The notes: generated by a model not told the origin, from the letters alone. 34,356 nt of DNA from an uncultured bacterium (GCA_964400385.1 CAYNUZ010000003.1:1-34356), one strand, 5' to 3'; positions 14,507 to 23,672 are shown, numbered from the stretch's first letter. A program made the numbers and translations.

Positions 14507-15855
14507 TCGGGCCGGGTCTCCTCCTCCTGGCCCTCGCGGGTCGCGCCCAGGCCGATCCGCCTCCCGTGTTCGCGATGGGGTTCGACGGCACGGTGCGGGC
14601 GGCGCTGGCGGCCTCCAACCAGCTCCGCGCCGCCGGACGGGAGGCGGACGCGGCCTCGACGCGGGCCAGCGGGGCCGGCGGGAGCCTCTGGCCGGCGCTG
14701 GCGGTGGACGGCTCCTACCGGTACGTGGCCGAGGTGCCCTCCCTCACCGTCTTTCCGGGCAAGGCCCCCGTGGACCTCGGCGCGCATGACAATTATTCCG
14801 TCGGGCCGACGGCCACGTGGACCGCCTGGGACTGGGGCGCCTCCTACGAGGCCTGGCGCGGCGCGCGGGACCGGGCCGACGCGGAGGCGGCGCAGCGCGA
14901 CCTCGCGCGCCGGCAGGTGAGACTGGGCGCCGCGGTGACGTACATCCAGGCCCAGATGGCGGCCGAACAGGTCCGGCTGCTCGCCGACGCGGCCAAGGTG
15001 GCCGAGGTCCAGCACCACGACATCGCGCTGCGGCAGTCCACCGGTGCGTCCAGCCGGCTCGAGACGCTGCAGGCGCACCAGGAGCTGCTGGCCCGCCAGC
15101 GCGGATTCGCGCAGGCGCGGGCGGACCTCGCGGCGGCGCTGCAGGACCTCTTCGTGCTCACCGGGACCGGGACCGGCCTCGACGCCTCCGCCCCGGTGGA
15201 TGCGCGGGTCACGGGCGACCTCCCGCCCGCCAGCGCGCCGGCGACGCTGGTCGTGCAACTCGATCCCCTCGATGCGGCGCTCACCGCGATGGCGGCGACC
15301 GCGGAGGGCGGGCCCGACCCGGCGTACCCGCGCGTGCGGTACTTCGAGCGGCTGGGGAACGCGGCGCGGCGGGCGGCGACCGGGATCTCCGTCTCGCGGC
15401 TCCCGAAGATCCAGGTCTCCGGCCGGATCAGCCTGGACTATCCGAACGGCCCGCTCCTGGAGCAGATCACCCAGAAATCCGCCGGGGTCGTCGCCTCGAT
15501 GCCGATCTTCACGGGGAGCCGGTTGGTGCGGGAGGCCGGGGAACAGCGTGAGCACGCCGCCGCGTTCGAGGCCCAGCAGCAGGCGGCCCGGGCCGACCTG
15601 GCCCGCGACTGGCGCAAGGCCGCCGACCGGTACCGGCTCCTGCGGGCCCAGGCCGAGCTGAACCGGCAGGCGGCCGCCGAGGCGAAGGAGACGGCCGGAC
15701 TGGTCTACGCATCCTACCGGGGCGGCCAGGCCCGGTTCATCGAGGTCGAGACCGCGAACCTGCACACGCTCGAGGCCCTGGTCCAGGAGGCGCGCACCAA
15801 GGCCGAGATGCTGACCCAGCTCGCCATCATGCACAGCCTGTCCAAGGAGGACTAA
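14503..15855 (+). CDS. TolC-family outer membrane efflux protein
   Basis: Signal peptide MIGPGLLLLALAGRAQA and two OEP-type repeats with long Ala/Arg/Gln/Leu-rich helices. The ATG overlaps the TetR stop (ATGA). The upstream part of the track ORF (13612..) is rejected. Confidence 0.9.
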   Translation: MIGPGLLLLALAGRAQADPPPVFAMGFDGTVRAALAASNQLRAAGREADAASTRASGAGGSLWPALAVDGSYRYVAEVPSLTVFPGKAPVDLGAHDNYSVGPTATWTAWDWGASYEAWRGARDRADAEAAQRDLARRQVRLGAAVTYIQAQMAAEQVRLLADAAKVAEVQHHDIALRQSTGASSRLETLQAHQELLARQRGFAQARADLAAALQDLFVLTGTGTGLDASAPVDARVTGDLPPASAPATLVVQLDPLDAALTAMAATAEGGPDPAYPRVRYFERLGNAARRAATGISVSRLPKIQVSGRISLDYPNGPLLEQITQKSAGVVASMPIFTGSRLVREAGEQREHAAAFEAQQQAARADLARDWRKAADRYRLLRAQAELNRQAAAEAKETAGLVYASYRGGQARFIEVETANLHTLEALVQEARTKAEMLTQLAIMHSLSKED

Positions 15856-15862
15856 GCAACCC

Positions 15863-16597
15863 ATGCCCCCCAAACGCATCCGCATCATCGTCGGCGTGCT
15901 GGTGACCGTGCTGACGGTCCTGGTCATCCGGCGCGTGTTCTTTCTCGACGAGTTCCGGTACGCGGGCACCGTGGAAGCGACCGAAGTGGACGTCCCCGCG
16001 CGCATCGCCTCCGTCATCGCCACGGTGGACGTCAGGGAGGGGCAGGATGTGGCCGCCGCCGCGCCGCTCTTCCACCTCGCGGGCGAGGACATCCGGCTGG
16101 CCGCGGACCTCAACGAACGGAACTACCAGCGGGCGAAGACGCTCTTCGACGGCGGGTCCATGCCGCAGGCCGAGTTCGACCGGCTCCGGTTCCTGCGGGA
16201 GGACAGCGCCCTCAAGGTCCGCTGGCTGACGATCCGCGCCCCGCTCGCCGGCACCGTCCTCAATACCTACTTCGAGGCGGGGGAGATGGTGGGCCCGGGC
16301 GCGCGCGTCGCCACGCTGGCGGACCTCTCGGAGGTCTGGGCCTGGGTCTACGTGCCGCAGCCGGTGCTGGCGTCCCTGAAACTGGGCCAGGCGGTTACGG
16401 GCGCCCTGCCCGAGCTGCGCAAGAAGGTCTTCGCCGGCCGGCTCGCGGAGATCCGCGAGAGGGCCGAGTTCACCCCGAAGAACGTCCAGACCCGGGAGGA
16501 GCGCACCCGGCTGGTGTACGGGGTCAAGGTCGCCTTCCCCAACCCGGACCGCATCCTCAAGCCGGGGATGACGATCGAGGTCGCGCTCGCGCGCTGA
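15863..16597 (+). CDS. HlyD-family membrane fusion protein (YbhG-like, short)
   Basis: N-terminal TM helix, lipoyl-like halves (VDVPARIASVIATVDVREGQDV ... IRAPLAGTVLNTYFEAGEMV) and a C-terminal beta-barrel segment (RLVYGVKVAFPNP...KPGMTIEV). Confidence 0.9.
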   Translation: MPPKRIRIIVGVLVTVLTVLVIRRVFFLDEFRYAGTVEATEVDVPARIASVIATVDVREGQDVAAAAPLFHLAGEDIRLAADLNERNYQRAKTLFDGGSMPQAEFDRLRFLREDSALKVRWLTIRAPLAGTVLNTYFEAGEMVGPGARVATLADLSEVWAWVYVPQPVLASLKLGQAVTGALPELRKKVFAGRLAEIRERAEFTPKNVQTREERTRLVYGVKVAFPNPDRILKPGMTIEVALAR

Positions 16598-16610
16598 AGG
16601 AAGCCGGACG

Positions 16611-17348
16611 ATGGACCCCGACGCCATCGGCATCGCCGTCCGGGACGTCGCCAAGACCCTGCGCACGACCCGGGCGCTGCGCGGCGTCACGGCGGCGTTC
16701 GAGCCCGGCCGGCTGCACGGGCTGATCGGGCCGGACGGCGCGGGCAAGACGACCCTGCTGCGGCTGCTCGTCGGGCTCCTGCGGCCCGACACCGGCACGA
16801 TCGCCTTCCACGCGGGGGGCCGCGACGTCCCCTTCGACAGCGTCCGCCCGGCGATGGCCTACATGCCCCAGCAGCAGAGCCTCTATCCCGATCTCTCGGT
16901 GATCGAGCACCTCGAATTCTTCAAGGAGCTGTACCAGATTCCGGAGGCGGTGTACGCGGAACGGAGCGCCCGGCTGCTGGCCCTGACCCGGCTGGACGGC
17001 TTCCGCGACCGGTCGGCCCGCCAGCTCTCCGGCGGCATGTACAAGAAGCTGGGCCTGATGTGCGCCCTGCTCCAGTCGCCCCGGGTGGTCCTGCTCGACG
17101 AGCCCACGAACGGCGTGGACCCGATCAGCCGGCGCGAGTTCTGGGAGCTGCTGTACGACCTGGTGGCGCAGGGCATCCTGGTGATCGTCACGACGGCGTA
17201 CATGGACGAGGCGGAGCGGTGCGGGCTGGTCCACGTCCTCGACGGCGGCGTGCTCCTGGCCGAGGGTGAGCCGCGCCGGGTCCTGGAGGAGGCGAAGGCG
17301 GCCTCCTTCGACGAGCTGTTCCTGCGCGCCGCGGGCGAGGCCCGGTGA
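16611..17348 (+). CDS. ABC transporter ATP-binding protein (YbhF N-half-like); H-loop His replaced by Ala
   Basis: Walker A GPDGAGKTT, signature LSGGMYKKL, Walker B VVLLDEPT and D-loop NGVD are intact, but the H-loop reads TTAYMDEA (Ala196, GCG 17196-17198). Confidence 0.95.
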   Translation: MDPDAIGIAVRDVAKTLRTTRALRGVTAAFEPGRLHGLIGPDGAGKTTLLRLLVGLLRPDTGTIAFHAGGRDVPFDSVRPAMAYMPQQQSLYPDLSVIEHLEFFKELYQIPEAVYAERSARLLALTRLDGFRDRSARQLSGGMYKKLGLMCALLQSPRVVLLDEPTNGVDPISRREFWELLYDLVAQGILVIVTTAYMDEAERCGLVHVLDGGVLLAEGEPRRVLEEAKAASFDELFLRAAGEAR

Positions 17349-18268
17349 GCGTCCCCGCGGTCGAGACCCGGGACCTGACGATGACGTTCGGCACGTTCAC
17401 GGCCGTGGACCGGGTGACCTTCCAGGTCGAACGGGGGGAGATCTTCGGGTTCCTCGGGGCCAACGGCGCGGGCAAGACCACGACCATCCGGATGCTCTGC
17501 GGCCTGCTCGTGCCCACCTCGGGCACGGCGACAATCGCCGGGCTCGACCTGCACGACGGGCTCGACCCGGTCAAGCGCAAGGTCGGGTACATGTCCCAGC
17601 GGTTCACGCTGTACGGCGACCTCACCGCCGGGGAGAACCTCGCGTTCGCCGCCGCCCTGCGGAAGATGGACGACGCCACCTTCCGGCGGCGCCGCGACGA
17701 GTTGTTTGCGCTGGTCGGGTACGATCACGACCCGCAGACCCTGGTCCGGGACATGCCCCCGGGGGTCCGCCAGCAGCTCTCGCTCGTCGCCGCCACGCTG
17801 CACGACCCGGAGATCATCTTCCTGGACGAACCGACGGCGGGGGTCACGCCCGCCTCCCGGGTGCGGTTCTGGCGGCTGATCCGCAAGCTGGCGGACGCGG
17901 GCAAGACGGTGTTCGTCACCACGCACTACATGGACGAGGCGGAGCAGTGCGGCCGGATCGCCCTGATGCGCGGGGGGCGGATCATCGCGCTGGACGACCC
18001 GGCGGGCTTGAAGCGGCTGGCGTTCCCGCTCCCGCTCGTCGAGGTCACCCCGGCCCCGGACGCCCCGGCCGGCTGGCAGGCGCGGTGGTTCGGCGACCCC
18101 GCGGTCGGCCACCTGACGCCGCACGGCATGCGGTACCACTTCGCCGTGCACGGGGCCGCAGCCTGGGCGGCGCAGGCCCCCGCCCTCCCGCCCTCACTGG
18201 TGGTGCGGGACATCGTGCCGTCGCTGGAGGACGTGTTCATCGAGATGGTGGAGGGCAAGGACCGGTGA
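17345..18268 (+). CDS. ABC transporter ATP-binding protein (YbhF C-half-like); degenerate signature motif
   Basis: Walker A GANGAGKTT, Walker B IIFLDEPT and H-loop TTHYMDEA are intact. The signature position reads MPPGVRQQL (17753-17764) and the D-loop reads AGVT. The GTG start overlaps the upstream stop (GTGA). Confidence 0.95.
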   Translation: MSVPAVETRDLTMTFGTFTAVDRVTFQVERGEIFGFLGANGAGKTTTIRMLCGLLVPTSGTATIAGLDLHDGLDPVKRKVGYMSQRFTLYGDLTAGENLAFAAALRKMDDATFRRRRDELFALVGYDHDPQTLVRDMPPGVRQQLSLVAATLHDPEIIFLDEPTAGVTPASRVRFWRLIRKLADAGKTVFVTTHYMDEAEQCGRIALMRGGRIIALDDPAGLKRLAFPLPLVEVTPAPDAPAGWQARWFGDPAVGHLTPHGMRYHFAVHGAAAWAAQAPALPPSLVVRDIVPSLEDVFIEMVEGKDR

Positions 18269-19383
18269 CAGGGGCGTTCTCGACCCGGCGCACCGTCGCG
18301 ATCGCGCACAAGGAGGTCCGGCACATCCTGCGCGACCCCCTCACCATGGGCTTCGCGCTGGGCCTCCCGCTGGTCCTCGTCGCGTTCTTCGGGTACGCGA
18401 TTGATCTCGACGTCCGGCACATCCCCGTCGCGCACGTGAACCGCGACCGGACCCGGGCCTCGCGGCAGTTCATCGAGGTCTTCGACTCGTCGCAGTTCTT
18501 CCGGATGTCCCCCGCCCCCGCGGGCGACGCCGTGGGCCACCTCGACGCGGAGCGCGCGCGCGCGATCCTGGTGATCGAGCCGGGGTTCGGCAAGCGGCTC
18601 GCCGCGGGCAAGCCCGTCTCGGCGCAGGTGCTGCTGGACGGGGTGGACAGCTCGACCGCGGGATCGGTCCTCGGGTACCTCGGCGGCATCGAGCGCGCCG
18701 CCAATGAGCGGCTCACCGGCCATGCGGTGCCGAAGGCCCCGCTGGCGCTTGAAACGCGGTACGTCTTCAACCCGGAGCTCTCGAGCCGGTGGTTCGTCGT
18801 GCCGGGACTGCTGGTCGTGGTCATGAGCATCATGGCCATCATGCTGACCGCCATGACCGTCGCCAAGGAATGGGAGACCGGGTCCATGGAGCTGCTGCTG
18901 TCCACGCCCGTCCACCCCGCGGAGATCGTCTTCGGCAAGCTCGCCCCGTACCTCGCGCTGTCCTTCATGGCGGTCGCGCTGGTGTACGTGATCGCCCGCG
19001 TCCTGGCGGTGCCCTTCGCGGGCAGCCACCTCCTCCTGATCCTGGCCTGCCTGCTCTTCCTGGTGCCGTGCCTCATGCAGGGGCTGCTCATCTCGGTGGC
19101 GACCCGGCAGCAGCAGCTCGCGATGCAGCTCTCGCTCATGGTGGGGATGCTCCCCTCCTTCATGCTCTCCGGGTTCATCTTCCCCGTCGAGAGCATGCCG
19201 CTGTTCTTCCGCATCGTCACCCGGCTCCTCTCGCCGCGGTGGTTCATGGTGATCGCGCGGGGCATCTTCCTCAAGGACGCGAGCCTCACCGAGCTGGCCG
19301 GGCCGCTGCTGGCGCTGACGGCCATCGGCGCGTTCTTCACGCTGCTGGCGGTCCGGCGGTTCAAGGCGGACCTCGAGACATGA
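18265..19383 (+). CDS. ABC-2 type transporter permease (YbhS-like)
   Basis: N-terminus RRTVAIAHKEVRHILRDPLTM, a large extracytoplasmic loop, then five or more TM helices. The GTG start overlaps the upstream stop. Confidence 0.9.
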   Translation: MTGAFSTRRTVAIAHKEVRHILRDPLTMGFALGLPLVLVAFFGYAIDLDVRHIPVAHVNRDRTRASRQFIEVFDSSQFFRMSPAPAGDAVGHLDAERARAILVIEPGFGKRLAAGKPVSAQVLLDGVDSSTAGSVLGYLGGIERAANERLTGHAVPKAPLALETRYVFNPELSSRWFVVPGLLVVVMSIMAIMLTAMTVAKEWETGSMELLLSTPVHPAEIVFGKLAPYLALSFMAVALVYVIARVLAVPFAGSHLLLILACLLFLVPCLMQGLLISVATRQQQLAMQLSLMVGMLPSFMLSGFIFPVESMPLFFRIVTRLLSPRWFMVIARGIFLKDASLTELAGPLLALTAIGAFFTLLAVRRFKADLET

Positions 19384-20480
19384 ATCCCACCATCCTGGGC
19401 TTCATGCGCAAGGAGCTCGCGCAGGCGCTGCGGGACCCGCGGATGCTCATGCTGATCCTCGTGATGCCGGTCATCCAGCTCACGCTGTTCGGGCTCGCGC
19501 TCAACGCCGAGACGCGCAATATCCGGCTGGCGGTGCTCGCCGCGCCCGACGACCGGATCGCCGCCCGGCTCGCCGACCGCGCCTTCACCTCGGGCTGGTT
19601 CGTGCGCGTGGACGCCGACCCGGCCAATCCCGTCAGCGCGCTCAAGGCGGGCACGGCCGACGCCATCCTGATCGCCCCGCCCGGCGGCGCCACGAAGGCC
19701 TTTGGGCACGGGCAGGCGACCTTCCAGCTCCTGACCGACGCCTCCAACGCGGTGCGCGCCCGCAGCGTCGAGAACTACGTCAACGCGATCCTGGGCCAGG
19801 TCCTCGAGGACCTGCTGCCCGGCGGCACCCCACGGCCGCCGATCCACCTCGACGTCCGGGTGCTCTACAACCCGGCGATGCGCTCGGCGGTCTTCATGAT
19901 CCCCGCCGTGCTGGCCATGATCCTCCTGCTCGTCTCCCAGCAGCTCACGGGCCTCTCCCTCGCCCGCGAAAAGGAGCTCGGTACGATGGAGATGCTCCTC
20001 GCCGCCCCGGTGTCGCGGTGGGAGATCCTCATCGGGAAGACGCTGCCGTACATCCTGCTCGCCCTGCTCGACGTGCCGATCGCCCTCGCCGTGGCCGTGG
20101 GCGGGTTCGGGGTCCCCATGCGCGGGCCGCTCTGGGAGCTGGTGGGGGTGGCCATCCTGTTCGTCTGCTCCACGGCGGCCTTCGGCACCCTGATCTCGAC
20201 CTTCGCCCGCAACCAGCAGCAGGCGATGATGGGCGGCTTCCTCTTCACCTTCCCGGCCAACCTGCTCTCCGGTCTCATGTTTCCGCTCGACACGCTCCCC
20301 TGGCCGGTCCGGTTCGTGAGCTACCTCAACCCCCTGCGGTACTTCATCTCGGTGATGCGCAACATCATGCTCAAGGGCGGCCACTTCGACGCGGTCTGGC
20401 CCAGCGCCCTCGCGCTGGCGGCGCTGGCGGTGGTGGCCGTCACGATTTCCGCCCGCCGCTTCCACGCCACCTTGGACTGA
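19380..20480 (+). CDS. ABC-2 type transporter permease (YbhR-like)
   Basis: MNPTILGFMRKELAQALRDPRMLMLILVMP; paralogous architecture to the preceding gene. The ATG overlaps the upstream stop (ATGA). Confidence 0.9.
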   Translation: MNPTILGFMRKELAQALRDPRMLMLILVMPVIQLTLFGLALNAETRNIRLAVLAAPDDRIAARLADRAFTSGWFVRVDADPANPVSALKAGTADAILIAPPGGATKAFGHGQATFQLLTDASNAVRARSVENYVNAILGQVLEDLLPGGTPRPPIHLDVRVLYNPAMRSAVFMIPAVLAMILLLVSQQLTGLSLAREKELGTMEMLLAAPVSRWEILIGKTLPYILLALLDVPIALAVAVGGFGVPMRGPLWELVGVAILFVCSTAAFGTLISTFARNQQQAMMGGFLFTFPANLLSGLMFPLDTLPWPVRFVSYLNPLRYFISVMRNIMLKGGHFDAVWPSALALAALAVVAVTISARRFHATLD

Positions 20481-20497
20481 CTGCCACTTCATTCATT

Positions 20498-20521
20498 CCC
20501 CTCTCCCTTCAGGGAGAGGGG
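20498..20521 (+). terminator. perfect 10-bp GC-rich hairpin after the efflux operon (no U tract)
   Basis: CCCCTCTCCC ttca GGGAGAGGGG, starting 18 nt after the stop at 20480. Confidence 0.45.
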
Positions 20522-20555
20522 GCGCCCGGGGGGTGAGGGTATCCGGGGCAGCAAC

Positions 20556-20561
20556 TATAAT
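20556..20561 (+). promoter_or_regulatory. consensus -10 box TATAAT, 6 nt upstream of ATG 20568 (leaderless-type promoter)
   Basis: Reads TATAAT gccccc ATG, with no SD. The -35 position reads GTGAGG (weak). Confidence 0.45.
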
Positions 20562-20567
20562 GCCCCC

Positions 20568-21455
20568 ATGCCGGACATCCTCCCGCGGGACCTCGCCGCC
20601 TGGTGCGCCATCCCGGGCGCCGAACTGGCAGGCCACCCGGCGCTCAAGGCAAAATTCCGGATGGTCAAGGATTCCGCCGCGATGGGCCGGGTGATGGCCG
20701 GGGAGCTGATCGAGGTCATCCGGGCCAACAATGCGGCGGGCCGGCCCACCCGGGCGATCATCCCGTGCGGGCCCACAGCCTGGTACCAGCCCTGGGGCGA
20801 GATGGTGAACGCCGAGAAGCTCAGCCTGGCCCATCTCCATGTCTTCCATATGGATGAATGCCTCGACTGGCAGGCCCGGCCGATCCCGAGGAATCACCCG
20901 TACAACTTCCGTACCTATATGGAAGCGAACTTCTACGGCCCGATCGCGGCCGCCCTCAACGTGCCGGAGGCCCAGCGGCACTGGCTGCTGCCGGAGACGC
21001 TCGATGCGGTCCGCAACGCCATCGCGGCGGCGCCCATCGACCTCACCCTCGGCGGGTGGGGACAGGACGGGCACATCGCGTACAACCAGGCGCGGCGGCA
21101 CCCGTACAGCCGGGTCACCATCGAGGAGGTCGCCAACAGCACCGCCCGGGTGCAGGAGAACAATCACGACACGATGCTGGCGCTGGCCCAGCGGACGTTC
21201 GGGACGGCGTGGCAGTTCGTGCCGCCGATGTCGGTGACCCTGGGCGTCAAGGAATGCCTCTCGGCAAAGAAGGTGCGCGTCTTTTCGGACACGGGAGCGT
21301 GGAAACAGACCGCGCTGCGGGTCGCCCTGTTCGGGCCGATCACTGCCGAGTACCCCATGACCCTGCTCCAGCGGCATCCCGATGCCATCATCACGGCGAC
21401 CGAGGAAACCGCGCGGCACCCGATCTCGGAACACCCGGAGTGGGAGCTGCTGTAA
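20568..21455 (+). CDS. glucosamine-6-phosphate deaminase/isomerase (NagB)/6-phosphogluconolactonase superfamily protein
   Basis: FHMDEC (MDEY-type) and GGWGQDGHIAYNQ (GxGxDGHxA[FY]N) motifs. At 295 aa it is longer than canonical NagB. Confidence 0.88.
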   Translation: MPDILPRDLAAWCAIPGAELAGHPALKAKFRMVKDSAAMGRVMAGELIEVIRANNAAGRPTRAIIPCGPTAWYQPWGEMVNAEKLSLAHLHVFHMDECLDWQARPIPRNHPYNFRTYMEANFYGPIAAALNVPEAQRHWLLPETLDAVRNAIAAAPIDLTLGGWGQDGHIAYNQARRHPYSRVTIEEVANSTARVQENNHDTMLALAQRTFGTAWQFVPPMSVTLGVKECLSAKKVRVFSDTGAWKQTALRVALFGPITAEYPMTLLQRHPDAIITATEETARHPISEHPEWELL

Positions 21456-21456
21456 C

Positions 21457-22398
21457 GTGCTGATCGCCGGCACCGGCGGAATCGGCTCCGGCATCTTCTT
21501 CGAGCTTGCGGGATCGCACACGCTGGGCCGCAACGAGAGCCGGGCCGCCCGGCTCCGGAATATCCGGGACTACGGCAAGCTCCACATCATCCTCCATTAC
21601 GTCGCGCTGGCCCTCCGGGGCCGGGCCCGGGTCCTGCCGATCGGGCGGGTCGGACGCGACGAGGCCGGCCGCCGGATGAAGGCGGAGATGCGCGCGGCGG
21701 GGATGGACATCTCCCGGGTCGCGGACATGCCCGGCGCGCCGACCATGTTCTCGGCCTGCTTCATGTACCCGGGCGGGGACGGGGGGAACCTGACGACCGT
21801 GGACAGCGCCAGTGCCCGCGTCTCCCCCGCCGACGTCCGAGCCGCCCTGCGGAGCGCCCGGGGACCGGGAATCGTCCTCGCGGCGCCCGAGGTGCCGCTC
21901 GCCGCGCGGACCGCGCTGCTGCGCGAGGGGACCCGGCGCGGGGCCTTCCGCGCCGCCGCCTTCACGTCGGCCGAGATGGCAACGGTCGTGCGCACGCGGC
22001 TGCTGCGGCAGGTGGACCTGCTCGCCCTCAACGCCCATGAGACGGAAGCGCTGGTCGGCCGGGCCGGATCCCCCATGGCGATGCTGGACGCCGCCGGGCG
22101 GAAGGCGGCGCGGGTCAACCCCGGGATCCGGGTTGCGGTGACGTTCGGCGCCCGGGGCGCCGGCGGCTGGGAGGCCGGCCGCATGGTCTTCGTCCCCGCC
22201 CCCCGGGTCCGGATCGTCAACACCGCCGGCGCCGGGGACGCCTTCCTGGGCGGCCTCCTCATCGCCCAGGCTCTTGGGAAGCCCTTCCTGCCTCACGCCC
22301 TCGCCTTTGCCACCCGGCTGGCCACTGCCAAGGTCACCGGCCGGGACACCATCCATCACGGCCTCACGACAAGGATGATCCGCGGCTTGCTACGGTAG
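21457..22398 (+). CDS. PfkB-family carbohydrate kinase
   Basis: C-terminal NTAGAGDAFLGGLL (DTxGAGD-type) motif and N-terminal GGIGSG. The GTG start lies 1 nt after the upstream TAA. Confidence 0.88.
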   Translation: MLIAGTGGIGSGIFFELAGSHTLGRNESRAARLRNIRDYGKLHIILHYVALALRGRARVLPIGRVGRDEAGRRMKAEMRAAGMDISRVADMPGAPTMFSACFMYPGGDGGNLTTVDSASARVSPADVRAALRSARGPGIVLAAPEVPLAARTALLREGTRRGAFRAAAFTSAEMATVVRTRLLRQVDLLALNAHETEALVGRAGSPMAMLDAAGRKAARVNPGIRVAVTFGARGAGGWEAGRMVFVPAPRVRIVNTAGAGDAFLGGLLIAQALGKPFLPHALAFATRLATAKVTGRDTIHHGLTTRMIRGLLR

Positions 22399-22475
22399 AC
22401 CATGGCCAACGTGAATGTCGGCGTGAGCTGCCTCGCGGACTCGGCATCTGCCGCCTCGCTCACGAGGCTTGCCAG

Positions 22476-23672
22476 ATGAAGCCATCCGGCGAGCCCCTTC
22501 ACATCGGCGTCATTGGATTCGGTGCCCGGATCAGCAACGTCTGCAAGCAGCTTGCCGGGCAGGACGCGGGCTTCCGGGTCGCGGCCGTCGCCGATCCGCG
22601 CACGGACGAGGTGAAGAAGAAGGCCAATCCGCTCCTCCAGGACACGCAGTTCTTCCCTGACGCGGACGCCATGCTCGCCGGCCCCAAACTCGACGGCCTG
22701 ATGATCGGCACCAAATGCGACCTGCACACCGACATGGCCGTGAAGGCCGCGAAGGCCGGGGTCCCGCTCTTCCTCGAGAAACCCGTGGCGGTCACCTTTG
22801 ACCAGATCAAGCGCCTCGATGCCGCGGCCCCGTCGTTCACGGCGCCCGTGGTCGTCTCCTTCCCTTTGCGGGTCAGCCCGCTGGTGAAGCGGGTCAAGGA
22901 GATCATTGATTCGGGGACGCTGGGCACGATCGAGCACGTGATCGGGTTCAACGACGTCCCGTATGGCGACGGGTATTTCGGGGGCTGGTACCGGAACTAC
23001 GCCATCGTCGGCGGGCTCTTCCTCCAGAAGGCGACCCACGATTTCGACTACCTCTCGTACCTGATCGGGTCCACCCCCCGGCAGGTCTGCGCCATGAACA
23101 GCCAGCGGGTCTGGGGGAAGCGCGGCAAGCCCGACCCCAAGCCGTTCGACCTCATGTGCAAAAACTGCGAGGAGAAGGCGACGTGCACCGAGAGCCCGTT
23201 CAGCGGCGAGGCCTCCATGGTGAATCCCGAGGGCCTCGAGAAGTGGAAGGACTGGCGGATGTGCCTGTATGCGGCCGAGATCAGGAACGAGGACAGTGGC
23301 AACGCCATCCTGGAGTACCATTCCGGCGTGCAAGCCAGCTACACGCAGAACTTCTTCGCGCGCGGCAAGGCCGCCCGGCGCGGCGCCCGGCTGTTCGGGT
23401 ACCGGGGCACCATCGAGTTCGACTGGTACACCAACAAGATTTCCATCATGCGGCACGACCGCCGGCCCGACGAGACGATCGACCTCTCCGGCGCCGAGGA
23501 GCACTTCGGTGGCGACGCCGAGCTGTGCAAGGACTTCCTGGCGGCGCTGCGGACCGGCGCCGCCTCCCGGGCACCCCTGGCCGCGGGCATCAACAGCGCG
23601 CTGACCTGCCTGTGGGCGCGGGAGTCGGCCAACCAGCGGAAGTTCTTCGACGTGGTGATGCCTTCGGCATGA
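22476..23672 (+). CDS. Gfo/Idh/MocA family oxidoreductase with Cys-rich insertion
   Basis: LHIGVIGFGARIS Rossmann motif, FLEKPVAV motif, and a CKNCEEKATC insertion in the C-terminal domain. Confidence 0.93.
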   Translation: MKPSGEPLHIGVIGFGARISNVCKQLAGQDAGFRVAAVADPRTDEVKKKANPLLQDTQFFPDADAMLAGPKLDGLMIGTKCDLHTDMAVKAAKAGVPLFLEKPVAVTFDQIKRLDAAAPSFTAPVVVSFPLRVSPLVKRVKEIIDSGTLGTIEHVIGFNDVPYGDGYFGGWYRNYAIVGGLFLQKATHDFDYLSYLIGSTPRQVCAMNSQRVWGKRGKPDPKPFDLMCKNCEEKATCTESPFSGEASMVNPEGLEKWKDWRMCLYAAEIRNEDSGNAILEYHSGVQASYTQNFFARGKAARRGARLFGYRGTIEFDWYTNKISIMRHDRRPDETIDLSGAEEHFGGDAELCKDFLAALRTGAASRAPLAAGINSALTCLWARESANQRKFFDVVMPSA

